From: Caecitellus pseudoparvulus
Taxonomy: Eukaryota; Protista; Bigyra: Bicosoecida
DNA length: 64,000 nt
Assembly (NCBI GenBank): GCA_965644315.1
Contig: CBFFRQ010000016.1
Location: 62,001-126,000, forward strand
Reading direction: 5' to 3'
Below are positions 11,065 through 23,075 of the stretch, in pieces. The notes under the pieces were generated by a model, which did not search any database, was not told the origin of the DNA, and saw only the letters and a program-made list of their open reading frames with translations. Positions within the stretch are counted from its first letter, which is position 1. Each line of letters begins with the position of its first letter. Position numbers and translations under genes: made by a program.

Positions 11065-14000
11065 CAAGTTTCGCACTCACCTGGCTGACAGCAAAACGAA
11101 AGAATACACCCAAAAGCTGCAGCTTGCCACCGCGGCTGATCTTGGCTCACCAACTCCAAATCTCAGATGCAGCCCGGAACGCTCCACACCTACCGCTCAA
11201 ACTTGCCACCATTGTCTGGATGCAGATGCTCAGTGACAGATTGTGCCGTTTTTTGAACTGTATGGGGCAAATGGAAGACTAAATATGCGGCTGAAGAATG
11301 GAAAGCACAATGCCAGCAGAGGCAATGCCACTTGCCCCTGTAGCGCCCGTCTAAATGCTACACGACAAACTCAGGCCAGGACACTTGAGACTCATGCATG
11401 CGCAGTTTCCTCAGCCCTTAAAGACCGACAACTTGCCTTGCACCAAGACACCCCAGTCGTACGCAGCATTGTACTTTGTATTTAAACGTTTTGAGAGCTT
11501 TTCATCGAACCACATGAGTCACCTTCTGACGGAAGTCAACTTGCGCGAAAAGTCAGCACCCGAGCGAACCAATTCAAGACTCACACATTCACAATCTGCT
11601 GATCACAAGCATCTTCCTTCCATGAATCACTACATGCATATGTGTGCGAATTGCAAGAATGTATTGCGAAGCAGGGACTTAGTATCCTACAGAATCAGCG
11701 TCCTTGATAATACTTTATCAACGTGCTTTGAAGCAAAGGTTTCGCATGGCGGGAGGTACGCTTCATACGACACCTACGAAGCGCAAGCAGACTTGAGTCA
11801 TAGAACGCTGAGCTGGAGCAGCCTTGTGTGAAACCTACATCAGACGCGAACTCCACGAATCTCCGGAAGACTTGATACTATGGCACTCGTGAGCAGTTGC
11901 AGCCGCAGGAGTTGTGTTCGAGAAGAGGACCACTGTGCATGAAAATCTGAAGTCACTCTGTCAACATTCCATCACCAACCAAGCGAAAGAAAATGGCTAG
12001 CAAACGTGTGCCCATAGGAGAAAACCCTAAGCGTATTGTCAAGTAAATGAAGTTACACCCTATATCATGCACCTGGGCAGAATTTCTTTCGTCGCCTGCA
12101 GAAAAAAACAGGGCGAAGCTCATGTGAGATACAACTAAATACTGTGCCTGTACATAAACATCGAACATAAAGGTTCACAAAAGGATAACTGACATGCTCG
12201 CGAAGAAAGGAATTGAATCCTCACAGAAGCATTCTGATCATGCTCTAAAGGAAAAGCTGAAAGTATGATGTCCGATCCAACTACATAATCACATAACACC
12301 TGTGAATGCAGACATCTCCCAAGATTGTGATGGAGTGCGATTCTCGTAAAATTCATGGCTCTTGCACTACCTTGAGGGTTTTGATCCTAACCACGGCTTT
12401 GCATACGGATACGTAATGTTGCTTGTTGCGCTGCAAGGCTGCGGCCGTTTTCGCACATGATCCTGCAGAGTGGGTTGAGCATAATCATTTGTGGAGCACG
12501 CTATCAAGGAGTATGGAGTTGTGGATGTGCTTGCGCAGATCTGCAAAGCATGATGTCAGAGCATCCTAAACTGAGATTCATTTGTTTTTGCCTTCTGTAC
12601 AAGGACCAATTATCCCCAAATTGGCAGCGAAATCCGAATTCGCTCGCGTCATGAAGTCAACTTCGCTTTTGTTGCTCAGTAAACCCACACAGATACTTGC
12701 ATGCACCGAGGTGGACTTGCTGTGCCATGCGTGCATTGACTTGAGATCGCCAGCATTATTGGTGTGATCTTGAACCAAACAAGCAACTTCAAATTTTCGG
12801 AATTCCATCGTCGAACCCCTCTTCTTTATCCATTGCAGACGTCGGTTGCGTGTCTGGATGTGATCCAATATTGTTTTCTGCGAATGGAATGAGTTTGACT
12901 CGTTTGTTCTCTGACGAGGAATACATTCCGTGTTGCAGGCTGTGTGCCCCGCCCCATGTTACACAACCCTTGACCTGGGATTGGGCAGAGGTGGCAATTT
13001 TCATATCAATTGCTTTGTGGCATTGCCTTGTATCCTGAGAACGGTTTGCATGGATTGTCATGAATGGCAATGAGTTTTTGAGCACAAGATCAAGACTGTG
13101 CACTCACCATGAAAGAAGTGTCATTCGTTCAATGGGTTATTGACAAGACCATGGAAATCTTCAGGCAACTACAAATGTCAAGATTGGAAGCAGAAAAGCT
13201 CTTGTGTCCAAGAGACCATACAACTCTTTTACCTTGAATTGATTCTTGTTGTGTTTTGTGGGTGTTTGCTTGTGTTTCGCCGGTGGATATCTCATACTTT
13301 GCCTAAGCCGGAGATGAGCTAGCCCTCTGCACGGCCATCAGAGGGAGTTCGTGGGTTCGAGTTGTATGTGTCGGCAACGGGCTTGCTTTCCCTCCACCTG
13401 AGTGGACAATACAGCATTCCATGCTTGTGGCTGGATTGTTCTGTCTGTGCGCTCTTTTGGGACACCCTTTTGACGTGCAAGAGGCGTTCTTTGCTTATGT
13501 TGTGTTGAGATGGGGGAGATTGCTTAGCCTGAGACTTGATTGGAGAGTTGGGTAGGCGCTGTTTGCTGTCCTGATTCAGCTTGGCTGGCTTGTGAGTTTT
13601 GAGGATTCCGACGTCTTGAGCGTCTGTCCTATCTTTGGATTCTTTGCGATGAGGCTTGCTTCTCAGTGCTGCAGAAATGGAGCTTGGACTTACTAGTGGG
13701 GGGGACTTCTCATGATGTCGTTGCTTTGCCATGTTTCGTGCATTTGTTTTTGCGCTTTGGCACGGATACGACGGCCGAAGCCTCCAAGTGGATATGCGGT
13801 TATGTGGAGGGGGGGGCGGGCTGTGCTGTTGTGTTTCAAGCCAGAGAGTATGCTCATTCGTCACAGCTGCTCTGTGACTTGTGAGGTTGTTGCTTGTTGG
13901 CAAGTTGTGCGCGCTTGCCGTACGTGATTGCCGTCTCTGGCCGATGTGGGGTGTGTGAGTTTCCTTTCCCGTCTCACCTGTTAGCATCGCATGGAAGAGG

Positions 14001-14280
14001 CGACTTCATGGCCTTGTATATTCTCTGAGCTTTCGGCTGCCAGATTTTCGCTTGTTGCTTTGGTTTGTTGGGCGCCGCAGGGTGTGCAGCGGTCCATCTT
14101 GGTCTCGTTCGAACCGCAGGTGCTTGACAGTGGCTTGCAGCCACTGCTTCAAATCCTATAGTGTTATGGTAAGCCTGGTATTGTCTCCCTTTGCACAAGG
14201 TGCAGTCTCTTTTCCACCTGTTGGGGAGGCGGCCTGCGAGTGTGCAGGTGCACCACACTGGTTGGCGTGGACTGTGCAGG
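11065..14280. other. Gene-free low-GC region with a strand-skew switch; candidate centromere or replication origin
   Basis: Hand-counted 60-nt lines in the core give 35-42% GC (e.g. 12121-12180: 21/60), well below the surrounding genes. No credible ORF. The left part is A/C-rich and the right part is G/T-rich on the + strand. Confidence 0.45.
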
Positions 14281-17200
14281 ATGGCCAGCTACTCCGGATC
14301 TCGCAGTCAGCGGTTGGACCTGTACAACCCAGCGGACTGGATCGAGTCAAGTGACGCTGAGGACTCATCGTCAGAGTCATGGGAGCACTCAGAGACGGTG
14401 GGTGAGCGCAAACCGCGCTGCGGCTCGCGGCAACGTCGCGGCGACCAGCGTGTGGCGTTGCTTTCTCGAGCGTGCCTTCTGCGAGGCGTGGCGTAAGAGG
14501 ATATACCAACCTTCACACGCGTCCATCCCTGTTTGCAGTCATTCTTTCGGCCTCCCCCTGGCGGCGAGACGGCGGCTTCATGGAACGCGCGGGAAGTTGC
14601 TGGGATTGATGATGATGGTGGCAGCAGCGGCGAAGAGGATGGAGGTTCGTGCGTGCGAATCACTGCTGGCTCGGAGTCGTGCATGTTGCCCCCGCATTCC
14701 ACACAGGCTTTTTTCATTCTGAGGTGGTGCCGTATCAACCCGTGCAAGCTCCTGCTTCTGCAGCATCATCTACCGCAGTTGCTGTGCGAGGAAAGGAGGG
14801 CTCTTCAAGCCGCACCGAGATTTTGTCGTGGAACTCGCACCAGGCTGAATTGCGCGAGCGCGTATCAGCGGTGCGTTTGCGGTACTTGCGTTCTGCGTCT
14901 CGTCAAGTGGCGGAAATGCTCGGTGCGGTGGGTGACAGTGACGGGCAGTTTTCGGCGTGCGTTTGGTTCGGGGCCGTGGCAGTGCACTCGCACATGCCAG
15001 AGAGCGACGTCGAGGTGCAGATTTCGAGAGGAGACATAGTTTTGGTCATGTCCTACGAAGACGATGATTGGTGGTACGGGCGGGTGTTGAACCGCCAAGG
15101 GAGCACTGCTGAGGGGTGGCTGCCTCCATCGCACCTTGATGCTGTTGATGGCATTCTCACGGCGCTGTCCGTCGTGCAACAGCTCCAACATGGTGTGCAA
15201 CAGGAGCAATTGAGCCCACCAGAAACAGCTATTGAGCCCAGTCCCAGTCGGCGACTGCGCCGCAGCATCACTGAGCTGAACTCCGGCCTGCAGCAGAAGC
15301 TGGCCAGCCAGGCCATGCACGACTATGGGAGTGAGTTGGAGAGCAAGGCTGACGGACCCTTGCTTGCTCCTGCCCTGAATCAACCGCTGCCAACGCGTGA
15401 CCATCAGGGCGGGCAGCAAACCATCGCTTGGCCTGCCTCGCAGCCGCGCACCGAGGCTGGCGGGTCAACGGCCGAAGTGACGTTCGCAGCACAGGACGCC
15501 TTCCCAGCCATGGCACGCACTACAAGCCCTGGGGTTGTGTCTTCGCACCAAATCCCGCGTGTCGGGGGGCAGAGTGGACCCGAGGGGTTTGCGGGGCATT
15601 CCCAACTGCCCGCAGTTGGCTCTTCAATGCGTTTCGACAGCCACTCAGCCCTGGCTCACCACCAGCACGCACTTCCAGGTCGCGCTGCCACAGCGTCTCC
15701 CACGCCACAATCCTCCCCAGTGTCCAGACATGGGCCGCAGGGCGTCAACGAAGGGCGCCCTGAGCAGATCGTGCCGTGGAGCGCAGAAAAACAGTCGCTA
15801 GCCCCAGCACCATGGCACCAACCTGCCAGAGGGGACGAGTCCGATGATGACAGTGCGTCAGGATATTTCTTGGATTACCAGGGGCGCGCGCACACCCAGC
15901 GTGATAGGGCTTCTTTGGTGTCGAGTGACAGTGTGGCATCTCGGCGTGCTTCCGGCGCACAGGGGGCGTCTGCGGAAAGAGGCAGCCTGCACGCAGGACC
16001 TCGCGCAGCCCCCTCTCCATCACAGGCATCATTTTCCTGGGCTGCACCACTTTCCGCGTCCCCCCCAGGAGCACATGCACACCATGCAAGCGGGCCTCTG
16101 CCTCACACCCCAGGCTCAGGGCAGCACCAGCAACAGGAGCAGTACGGAGCCCCCTTGTCCGTGCTGCATGGAAGAGGTCCTCCTGTGGCTGCAGCGGGGA
16201 TGTCACCTTCTCACCACAATGGGCACAACAGGTTTGCGGCACAGTCTCCTCATCCAGGCCTGGTTTCAGCACGCGGACCTCACGGGTCGGCTCTGCATAG
16301 GAGTGCCGACTCACAGCCCCCCACACCGTCGGAGTCGCTTGTTGGGCATGGATATGGTGGCATCGCGCCACCTACGCCTGTTCAGCGCCGCGCCAGCCTG
16401 AAGGATGGTACTCCGCTTCCCCTGTCAACCGAGCTGTTTGCAGCCGCGCCGGCAACGTCAGCCCCCGCTGGTCGCATCCCCATTTCGTCTCCCCCTCCCG
16501 TGAGTGGCAGACCGCACTCCATTGGCCAACAGCCTTCGCATCCTGGTGAGCAAGTGCCGGTACAAAGTGGTCATTCTGGCTCATCGTATCACCAAGGGCC
16601 TGTCGTGGCTGGGTATGGTGGAGCCGGTCCTGGTGCGGCAGGTGGCGGGCCTGTTGTGGCTGGGTATGGTGGAGCCGGTCCTGGTGCGGCAGGTGGCGGG
16701 CCTGTTGTGGCTGGGTATGGTGGAGCCGGTCCTGGTGCGGCAGGTGGCGGGCCTGTTGTGGCTGGGTATGGTGGAGCCGGCCCTGGTGCGGCAGGTGGCG
16801 GGCCTGTTGTGGCGAGGTATGGTGGAGCCGGTCCTGGTGCGGCAGGTGGCGGGCCTGTTGTGGCTGGGTATGGTGGAGCTGGTCCTGGTGCGGCAGGTGG
16901 CGGGCCTGTTGTGGCTGGGTATGGTGGAGCTGGTCCTGGTGGAGCAGGACCAGGTGGCCGCGCTGGTGAACCTGTTGTCAACCCGAGTGCGGCCCACGCC
17001 ACACACAACGCTTCAGTGCAGTCTGGGCCGGTTGGAGCTGCGTCAGGGAAACTAGCCATGGGAGGTTCACACCAGGGCCCTCCGTCCAAGCCTGTCTCGA
17101 TGGCAGACGCTTCCCAAACGGCAGATGATCTATCCTTGTTTGGCCTGGGGCTGGACCTTCCTGCTCATCGGAGCGCTTCAAAAGCCCGCCGACACTCAGA

Positions 17201-19751
17201 TGTTTCGTTTGCTCATGCTCAATCACGCATGCAAGGCTCTGCGTCAGGAACGGCACGCTTTGGTGGTACGCTTGCAGGCAGGGGCAGTTCCGGTGGGCAA
17301 CCTGCAGGGGGAGGCGCGCACCAGTTGCCCGACGGCCAAGGTGCTGCAGCGGAGGCGTCAGGCGGGCACTTCGACATTTATGCTTCTCTCCGCTCCTCAA
17401 CAGCTGCTGGGGGTAGTTCTCCTGCTGGTGGGGGCACGCTGGTGGGTGCTGCCCCAGGTGCAGCCCAGCGAGATGCGGCTGGTCGGCGCGTGAAGGTCCT
17501 CACGTTGAGCGGGCCAGAGCTGTGGGACATATTCCGCCCACTGCTGTTTCGTCGCCTCGTGCTGGGGGCTGGCTTCATGCTGCGTGCCGCACGACTCGCC
17601 ACTGCCGCCCGTCGCTCCGCGAAGGCGTTTGCAGTGGGTTTGGGTCCGCGGTGCCTGAAGCAGTTCACTGCCGGGCGACGCACGGCAAAGGTTTGGGCCA
17701 TGGGCATGACTGCTGGTGGCTTCGGCAAGCGCCTGGGGCTGTGCCATCGCAAGCTGTGCAGTGTGTTTGCGCTGGGCGCGCTCGTGCTGGATGCGAAGAT
17801 GAAGGTGGCCGTGGATGTGGGTATGCTGGGCCCAGGTGGGCTGGCTGAGCTGCCCGAGTACATGCAGAACCCGGCCTCCGTGCGGCAACTGTTTGCGTCT
17901 GCTTCGAAGAAGAAGCGGCGCACCATCAACACGGCGCGCAAGGGCAAGAAGGGGAAGGGAAAGGCGGCCGCGGCAGACGACTTTGACGGCGTGAAGACCC
18001 GCAACGTGCATTGGGACGCCATTTCCAATGTGGAGGGCACCATGTGGGACCGGGGCACCTCTGCGAACTTGAGTTTGAACCCCGAGTTGCAACGGCGTGT
18101 GAGCGTTGTGGATGCAGGCAAGCTCGTGCCCAGTTTGGAAGAGACGTTCGCTGCCAACCGGACTGCGAAGAAGCCGAAGAAGGCAGGGGGTGTGCGCCCG
18201 AAGGGCCCCAAGGCCATCACGCTGTTGGACTCCAAGGCCCAGCAGAACATCGGCATCGGCGTGCGTGGCACGTTGGGCAAGATGTCCATGGCCACGGTTG
18301 CCGAGGCGCTGCGCAAGATGGATGCCTCAGCCCTGGGCGGACCCGACGCTGTGGCTGCGCTGGCCGAGCTTGACGCGTACTCTGAGGAGGTACTGGCGCC
18401 AGTGCGTGCGTTTACAGGTGATGCCAGCAAGCTGGGCATCGCGGAGAAGTACGTGCGTGAAGTGTCCCTGGCTGTGAGTGAGCCCAAGGCACGCCTGATG
18501 GTGATGGAGTTCATGTTCAACATGGACGAGATCAAGGCCTCTGCAGACACCAAGAGCGGCAACTTGAAGGCGGCATGCCATGAGATCGTCAGTAGCAAGA
18601 AGTTTAAGACGCTGCTGGCGGACGTCATGCTGCCGCTGGGCAACCGCCTGAACGCGGGCAGCAAAAAGGGTATGGCGGCAGGCATCAAGCTGTCCTCCCT
18701 GAACAAGCTGCTCAACACGCGGGCAGCCACGGGAGAGACGTTCCTGCGCTTTGTGGTGGACGGCTTGATCGAAATGGAGGGGGAAGGCGAGGACTCGGGC
18801 GTGACGAACACCCTGTTGGACCTGGACGAGGACATGCCCACGGTGCTGCGGGTGAAGCACGCCACCATGTCCCCCGCCATCATCGAGCTGGACGTGGCCC
18901 GACTCAAGAAGGGCTGCAACATCGCGGAGTCGCTGTTGAAGAAAGGCCAGGCAGCTGGGGACAGCGGCCTGGTGGACATCCTGGAGCCGGTGGTGGAGGA
19001 TGCCCAGGCGGCGCTGGAGGAGGCAGCCAAGGGCATGTACGAGGCAGTGGAGGAGTTCGACAAGATGTGCCGCTTCGTGGGCGAGAGCAAGGGCAAGAGC
19101 ACGCCTGAGGCAGTGTTCGGGTACGTGTCCCGCTTCGTGCAGCAGGTGACGTCGGAGAAGAAGGCGTCCATGGCACGCGCGGCCCGCAAGGCCAAGGAGG
19201 CCGCTCGCAAGGCCCAGGTGCAGGGGATGAAGGACAGGAAGGCTGGGAGCGGGGAAAAGCCGACGCCTAAGAAGCCCAAGGCCTCCAGCAAGCTCCCGCA
19301 CAACCCCTTGCTGCACGGGCCGAAGCCGGCCGAGCAGCTGCCGCCCAAGCCAAGCAGCAAACCAACTGCGCCCCCCAAGCCTGGCAGCAAGCCTGCAGCG
19401 CCGCCCAAGGCAGGCAAGCCGAAGCCACGGTCAAAGCGGCGGTCTGTGTTGGGCGGCGTGGGCGCCATGGCTCCCACCCAGGACGAAGAGAAGGAGTTGG
19501 TGGGGCAGGTGCAGAACAAGATGATGGCGAAGTTCCGCCGCGCGAGCATGGCGCTCATCGCTGCTGGGGCCATTGCGAACGAAAAGGCCTTCTTCTCTGG
19601 TGGGGAAGATGATGATGATGATGAAGAGGGAGGGGGCTCCAAGGGCAGCAAGGGGGGGGCTGCAGGGTCAGGTGGGCGCCCGTCGCGGTCTCGCACCCTC
19701 AGCAACATCGGCGAAGGGGAGGAAGAGGAGGAAGAGGAGGACGACGATTGA
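14281..19751 (+). CDS. Formin (FH2 domain) with an N-terminal SH3 domain and a Gly-rich repeat, lacking a canonical FH1
   Basis: SH3: VAVHSHMPESDVEVQISRGDIVLV...DDWWYG...GWLPPSHL. FH2: KTRNVHWDAI, TMW, LLDSKAQQNIGI, LGNRLNAG...GIKLSSLNKLLNTR. The 5' exons (from ATG 14281; introns ending about 14538 and 14707) are tentative. Confidence 0.85.
16596..16943 (+). repeat. 51-bp coding tandem repeat, ~6.8 copies, encoding GPVVAGYGGAGPGAAGG
   Basis: Near-identical units GGGCCTGTTGTGGCTGGGTATGGTGGAGCCGGTCCTGGTGCGGCAGGTGGC start at 16596, 16647, 16698, 16749, 16800, 16851 and 16902. Confidence 0.95.
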
Positions 19752-19885
19752 GCTCTGAACCGCCCTGGGCATTTCACATTCACTGTGACGTGGAATTCAC
19801 TCCATCTCTCCTTTGGAGAACCTGCCTCCGGCCTGGGCGTGCCCCGCTGCGTACTTTGAGTCGACCACCGCCTTGGCCCAAAACC

Positions 19886-20936
19886 ATGATGGCTTCCTCG
19901 GCGCCTCAGCACAGCTTTGTGGACGAGCTTGCGGAAGCACGGGCAGCATCGGCAAGCACTTCGGATGCACACAAGCGCATGAGGCGTGTGCGGGGCTGTG
20001 ATAAGTGCGACTGTTTTTGGTTCGGTACGCAAGCCCAAATGGGCGACAAGCTTGTCAGACCGAAGCAGCTGCGTTTCAGTATGAAACGCAGGCTAGCCCC
20101 ACCTTCTGCGCAGTGTACGCCATTCGGATTCTGAGTGCATTCACGGGGTTGGGTGTCAGCACCATTTCTGTGTTTGGCTTCTTCATGGCGGATGGGCTGG
20201 TGTGTATCACTCCAACGGGTGCTCCGCAGAGGCAGCCTTCTCCTCACCGTTCACCTTCTCTCCGCAGTTCAAGCGAGGTTCAGAGCGGGTGCCTGGCTTG
20301 TACGGGACTAGCTTTGCTGAATTTGGGATCTTTACAGGAGTTGTCAGTGTGTACTTTGTTGTCTTTGGCCTGCTCATCGTGGCTGCTGAGCTGCGCATGG
20401 CATCCATCAAGCAAACTGTGCTGGCCCACGTGAGCTTCCTGTCCACCTTCATCGGGAGGGGGGCCTTCTATCTCTTGCTGGGAACACTGCTGTTGCTGCC
20501 GGGGCATGTAGCTTCCCGTGTCATCGGCGGCTTGCTGCTGGCGTGTGGGCTGTGCCAGCTCGTCGTCAGTGCTGCGGTGTCCAAGGATGCACTGCAGCTG
20601 CAGGAGGTAGAGGACGACCTCACCAGCATCTTCAGCAAACCAGATCCAAAGGAGAGGGGGCAGGCCAGGACCAAAGTGGGTGCCAAGGCTGCACAGGGTG
20701 ACGTAGAGTCCAGTCGGGGGACGCGGGTGAGCAGGGCGCAGTCTGGGGCAGGCAAGGCAGGCCGGTCCACATCCACTGTGGAAACTGCCAACCCCCTGGG
20801 AAGCACCAGTGCCCAACGCAGTAGCGCTGTGCCGTCCAGCCATTCAGGGTCGCAGGGGTGCGACGGGGGGGGAGAGGAGCAGCAAGGGCCGCCGCCCAGC
20901 GGCAGCGCCGACAACCCCTTCTTGGCTATGGAGTGA
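19886..20936 (+). CDS. COPI-associated / TVP15-family Golgi membrane protein
   Basis: Two introns. Multi-pass hydrophobic protein with YFVVFGLLIVAAEL and the family motif SFLSTFIGRGAFYLLLG; C-terminal DNPF. Confidence 0.75.
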
Positions 20937-21541
20937 TGTCGCTCTCAGCGTGATCCTGTCCAGCGCCCACGCCGTCGGGTGTGCAGCTGCCCTGTGGCAG
21001 GCCTGCTGCAGCGGAGATGGCAGCCACCTCGCGCAGCAGGGCATCGGCCTCGGGCTGCCCGGCTGCGCTCTGCGTCGGCAATGCCTTCAGCTGCGCAAAG
21101 GCTGCGTCGATGCGGGAAAGGGCTGCAGCTGCCGTGTCGCTAGCCGGTGAGGGCTGCGTGTGTCTGTGGAGGTGATGCGTGGTGGCTGTGTGCAGACTGA
21201 GGAAAGTCAACGACGCAGGCCGGGGTGAAGGCACTCACCGCACGATGGCAGCGGCTTTGCTCAGCTCAAAGCTGATGCGAGAGGCAGTCGCAAAGCCAGC
21301 GTCGAAACCAACTTGAATGGATGCCTCGCGGCCGGCGTCGATGCCCTCCCGAATGCCAGCCTGCACCTTGCGGGACGCAAAACATGGGAAAGCGCGGCTG
21401 GAAGAGAGCCGGGCTGGCACGCACCGTCTGAAACTGCCTTTGCATGCTTCGAGAGTCTGCCTCTGCGCCCCAAGCACAGTCATCGCCGTCGCTGGCGCTC
21501 GCGCTGTCTTGGAGCCAGTCTGCGTCGTCCATGCCTGCCAT
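20926..21541 (-). CDS. YAE1: Yae1-like protein (Fe-S/ABCE1 maturation adaptor)
   Basis: The spliced product contains RSMQRQFQT/AGIREGIDAGREASIQVGFDAGF, the GX3-repeat Yae1 N-terminal motif. Confidence 0.8.
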
Positions 21542-21757
21542 TCCGGGTGGAGAGCATGCAATTACCGCAGGCGGCAGGCTGTGCTGAACCCTCGGCGCAG
21601 ATGGTCAATTCTCAGCCGCGCAACAATGTGCATGGTCTGGGTGTATGCAGACACTGGTTCAGTGTGTCCGTATTTTGGATTCGTTTGACGGTGGGATTGT
21701 GCGCCAGCAGGGGGACCTGTGCCTGCGTAAACCTGGCGTTTCCCGGAAGCGCTAGCT

Positions 21758-23047
21758 ATGTCCGAGCACAGCGACGTGCTGCCCGTGCTGCCTCCAGTGG
21801 GCACATTGCCTGGGGCAGTGCGAAACTCGGTATGTATTCCCACGTCCTACTGCGTCCAGTGACCCCACCCATGCACTTGTACTGCTGCGTGACCTGCAGA
21901 AATGGTGCTACCGTTTCGGGTACTTGGCTGCTAACGTGGGCTTGCTGGTGCTCATGTGGAGCTTCCGAGGCAGCTGGTTGACAGACGTCCACGGCAACAC
22001 CCAGTTCGGAGGTGCTGTTCCACTCCTCCTGGTTGTGCTGCTCGCCTTTGCCACGTATGCTCTGGTGCAGGGCTCCAACCCCGGCTATGTGTATGCTGGT
22101 GAGCTGACTGGCTGTGAGGGGCTCGCCCTGCTCCTCGCACTTGTCCCCCGCCCCCCTTCCTCCACGCAGATGCCCAAGGGGGCAACGCGACAAGCACAGC
22201 CCGATGGCACACGGAGGACGAAGCTGCCGGGCTCATGTCGCTGGATGGCCAACTGGACGTGGACGACTGCGACTTGGAGCTGGGTAGCGCAGGTTTTGAC
22301 GCAGCTGCCGCCGAAGAGGCAGAAGGCAGCCCCACAGCAGATGCCTCATCAACAAGGCTGGAACGTGAGCTGGCAGCCGCCGAGCTCATGTCTGGTGCTG
22401 ACTCCCTGATGCCAGGCGGCGCCTTCCGTGGAGCAGATGGCACAGTGCGGTGCATCTGGTGTGCTGTGCAGCAGCCAGTGCGGGCACACCATTGCCGCAA
22501 GTGCAAGATGTGTGTGCATGGCTTCGATCACCACTGCAACATGCTGGGCACCTGCATCGGCGAAGGCAACAAGCTGCGGTTTTGGCTGTTCCTCACCGCC
22601 CAGACCCTTGCCCTGTGTGTGGCGGTGGCGTACGCGCACAGCTGCTTCTACTCTGCCCAGTCCTGGGGCTGGGGGACGTGGTTCGGCGTGAACGCCACGG
22701 CACTGCTGCAAGCCATCCTGTACTACTTCCTGCTGGGCATGGTGGGGAGCCTGTGGGCCATGCACTCCTGGCTGGCGCTGGTGAACGGCACCACGTACGA
22801 AGTGCTCCGGGGGGCCAAAGGCACGTATTACCTGGCAGGTTCCCAGCTGTGTGACTGGCCCTTCAGTGATGGCCTGGCATTCAACCTGCGCCACTTCTGC
22901 TGCAGCAGTGACGCGCTGCTCGCTGCGTTGATGGGGCGACAGTGGGCCCCAGCACGGTGGCCTGACCCCCGCCACCATCCTGTGCAGCGGGACAGCGACG
23001 ACGTCATGAACAATTGCTGGCAGAACAGGTACTGGTCTTGTTGTTGA
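21758..23047 (+). CDS. DHHC palmitoyltransferase
   Basis: ATG at 21758, two introns. Contains TM helices, SNPGYV, CIWCAVQQPVRAHHCRKCKMCVHGFDHHCNMLGTCIGEGN, NGTTYE and PFSDGLAFNLRHF. Confidence 0.93.
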
Positions 23048-23075
23048 AGTGCATTGTGTGTGACGGGCGAATGCA

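Noticed and set aside
11355-13987. Short ORFs in the low-GC trough as viral, virophage or transposon genes
   Set aside because: I recognised no integrase, RT, capsid or transposase motifs and found no terminal repeats. The ORFs reflect compositional skew. A highly decayed element cannot be excluded without a search.
17378-20038. 886-aa antisense ORF opposite the formin, and similar long antisense ORFs opposite MCM4, MetAP, AFG2-like and PMCA
   Set aside because: These are shadow ORFs produced by strong GC3 bias; they show no protein motifs.
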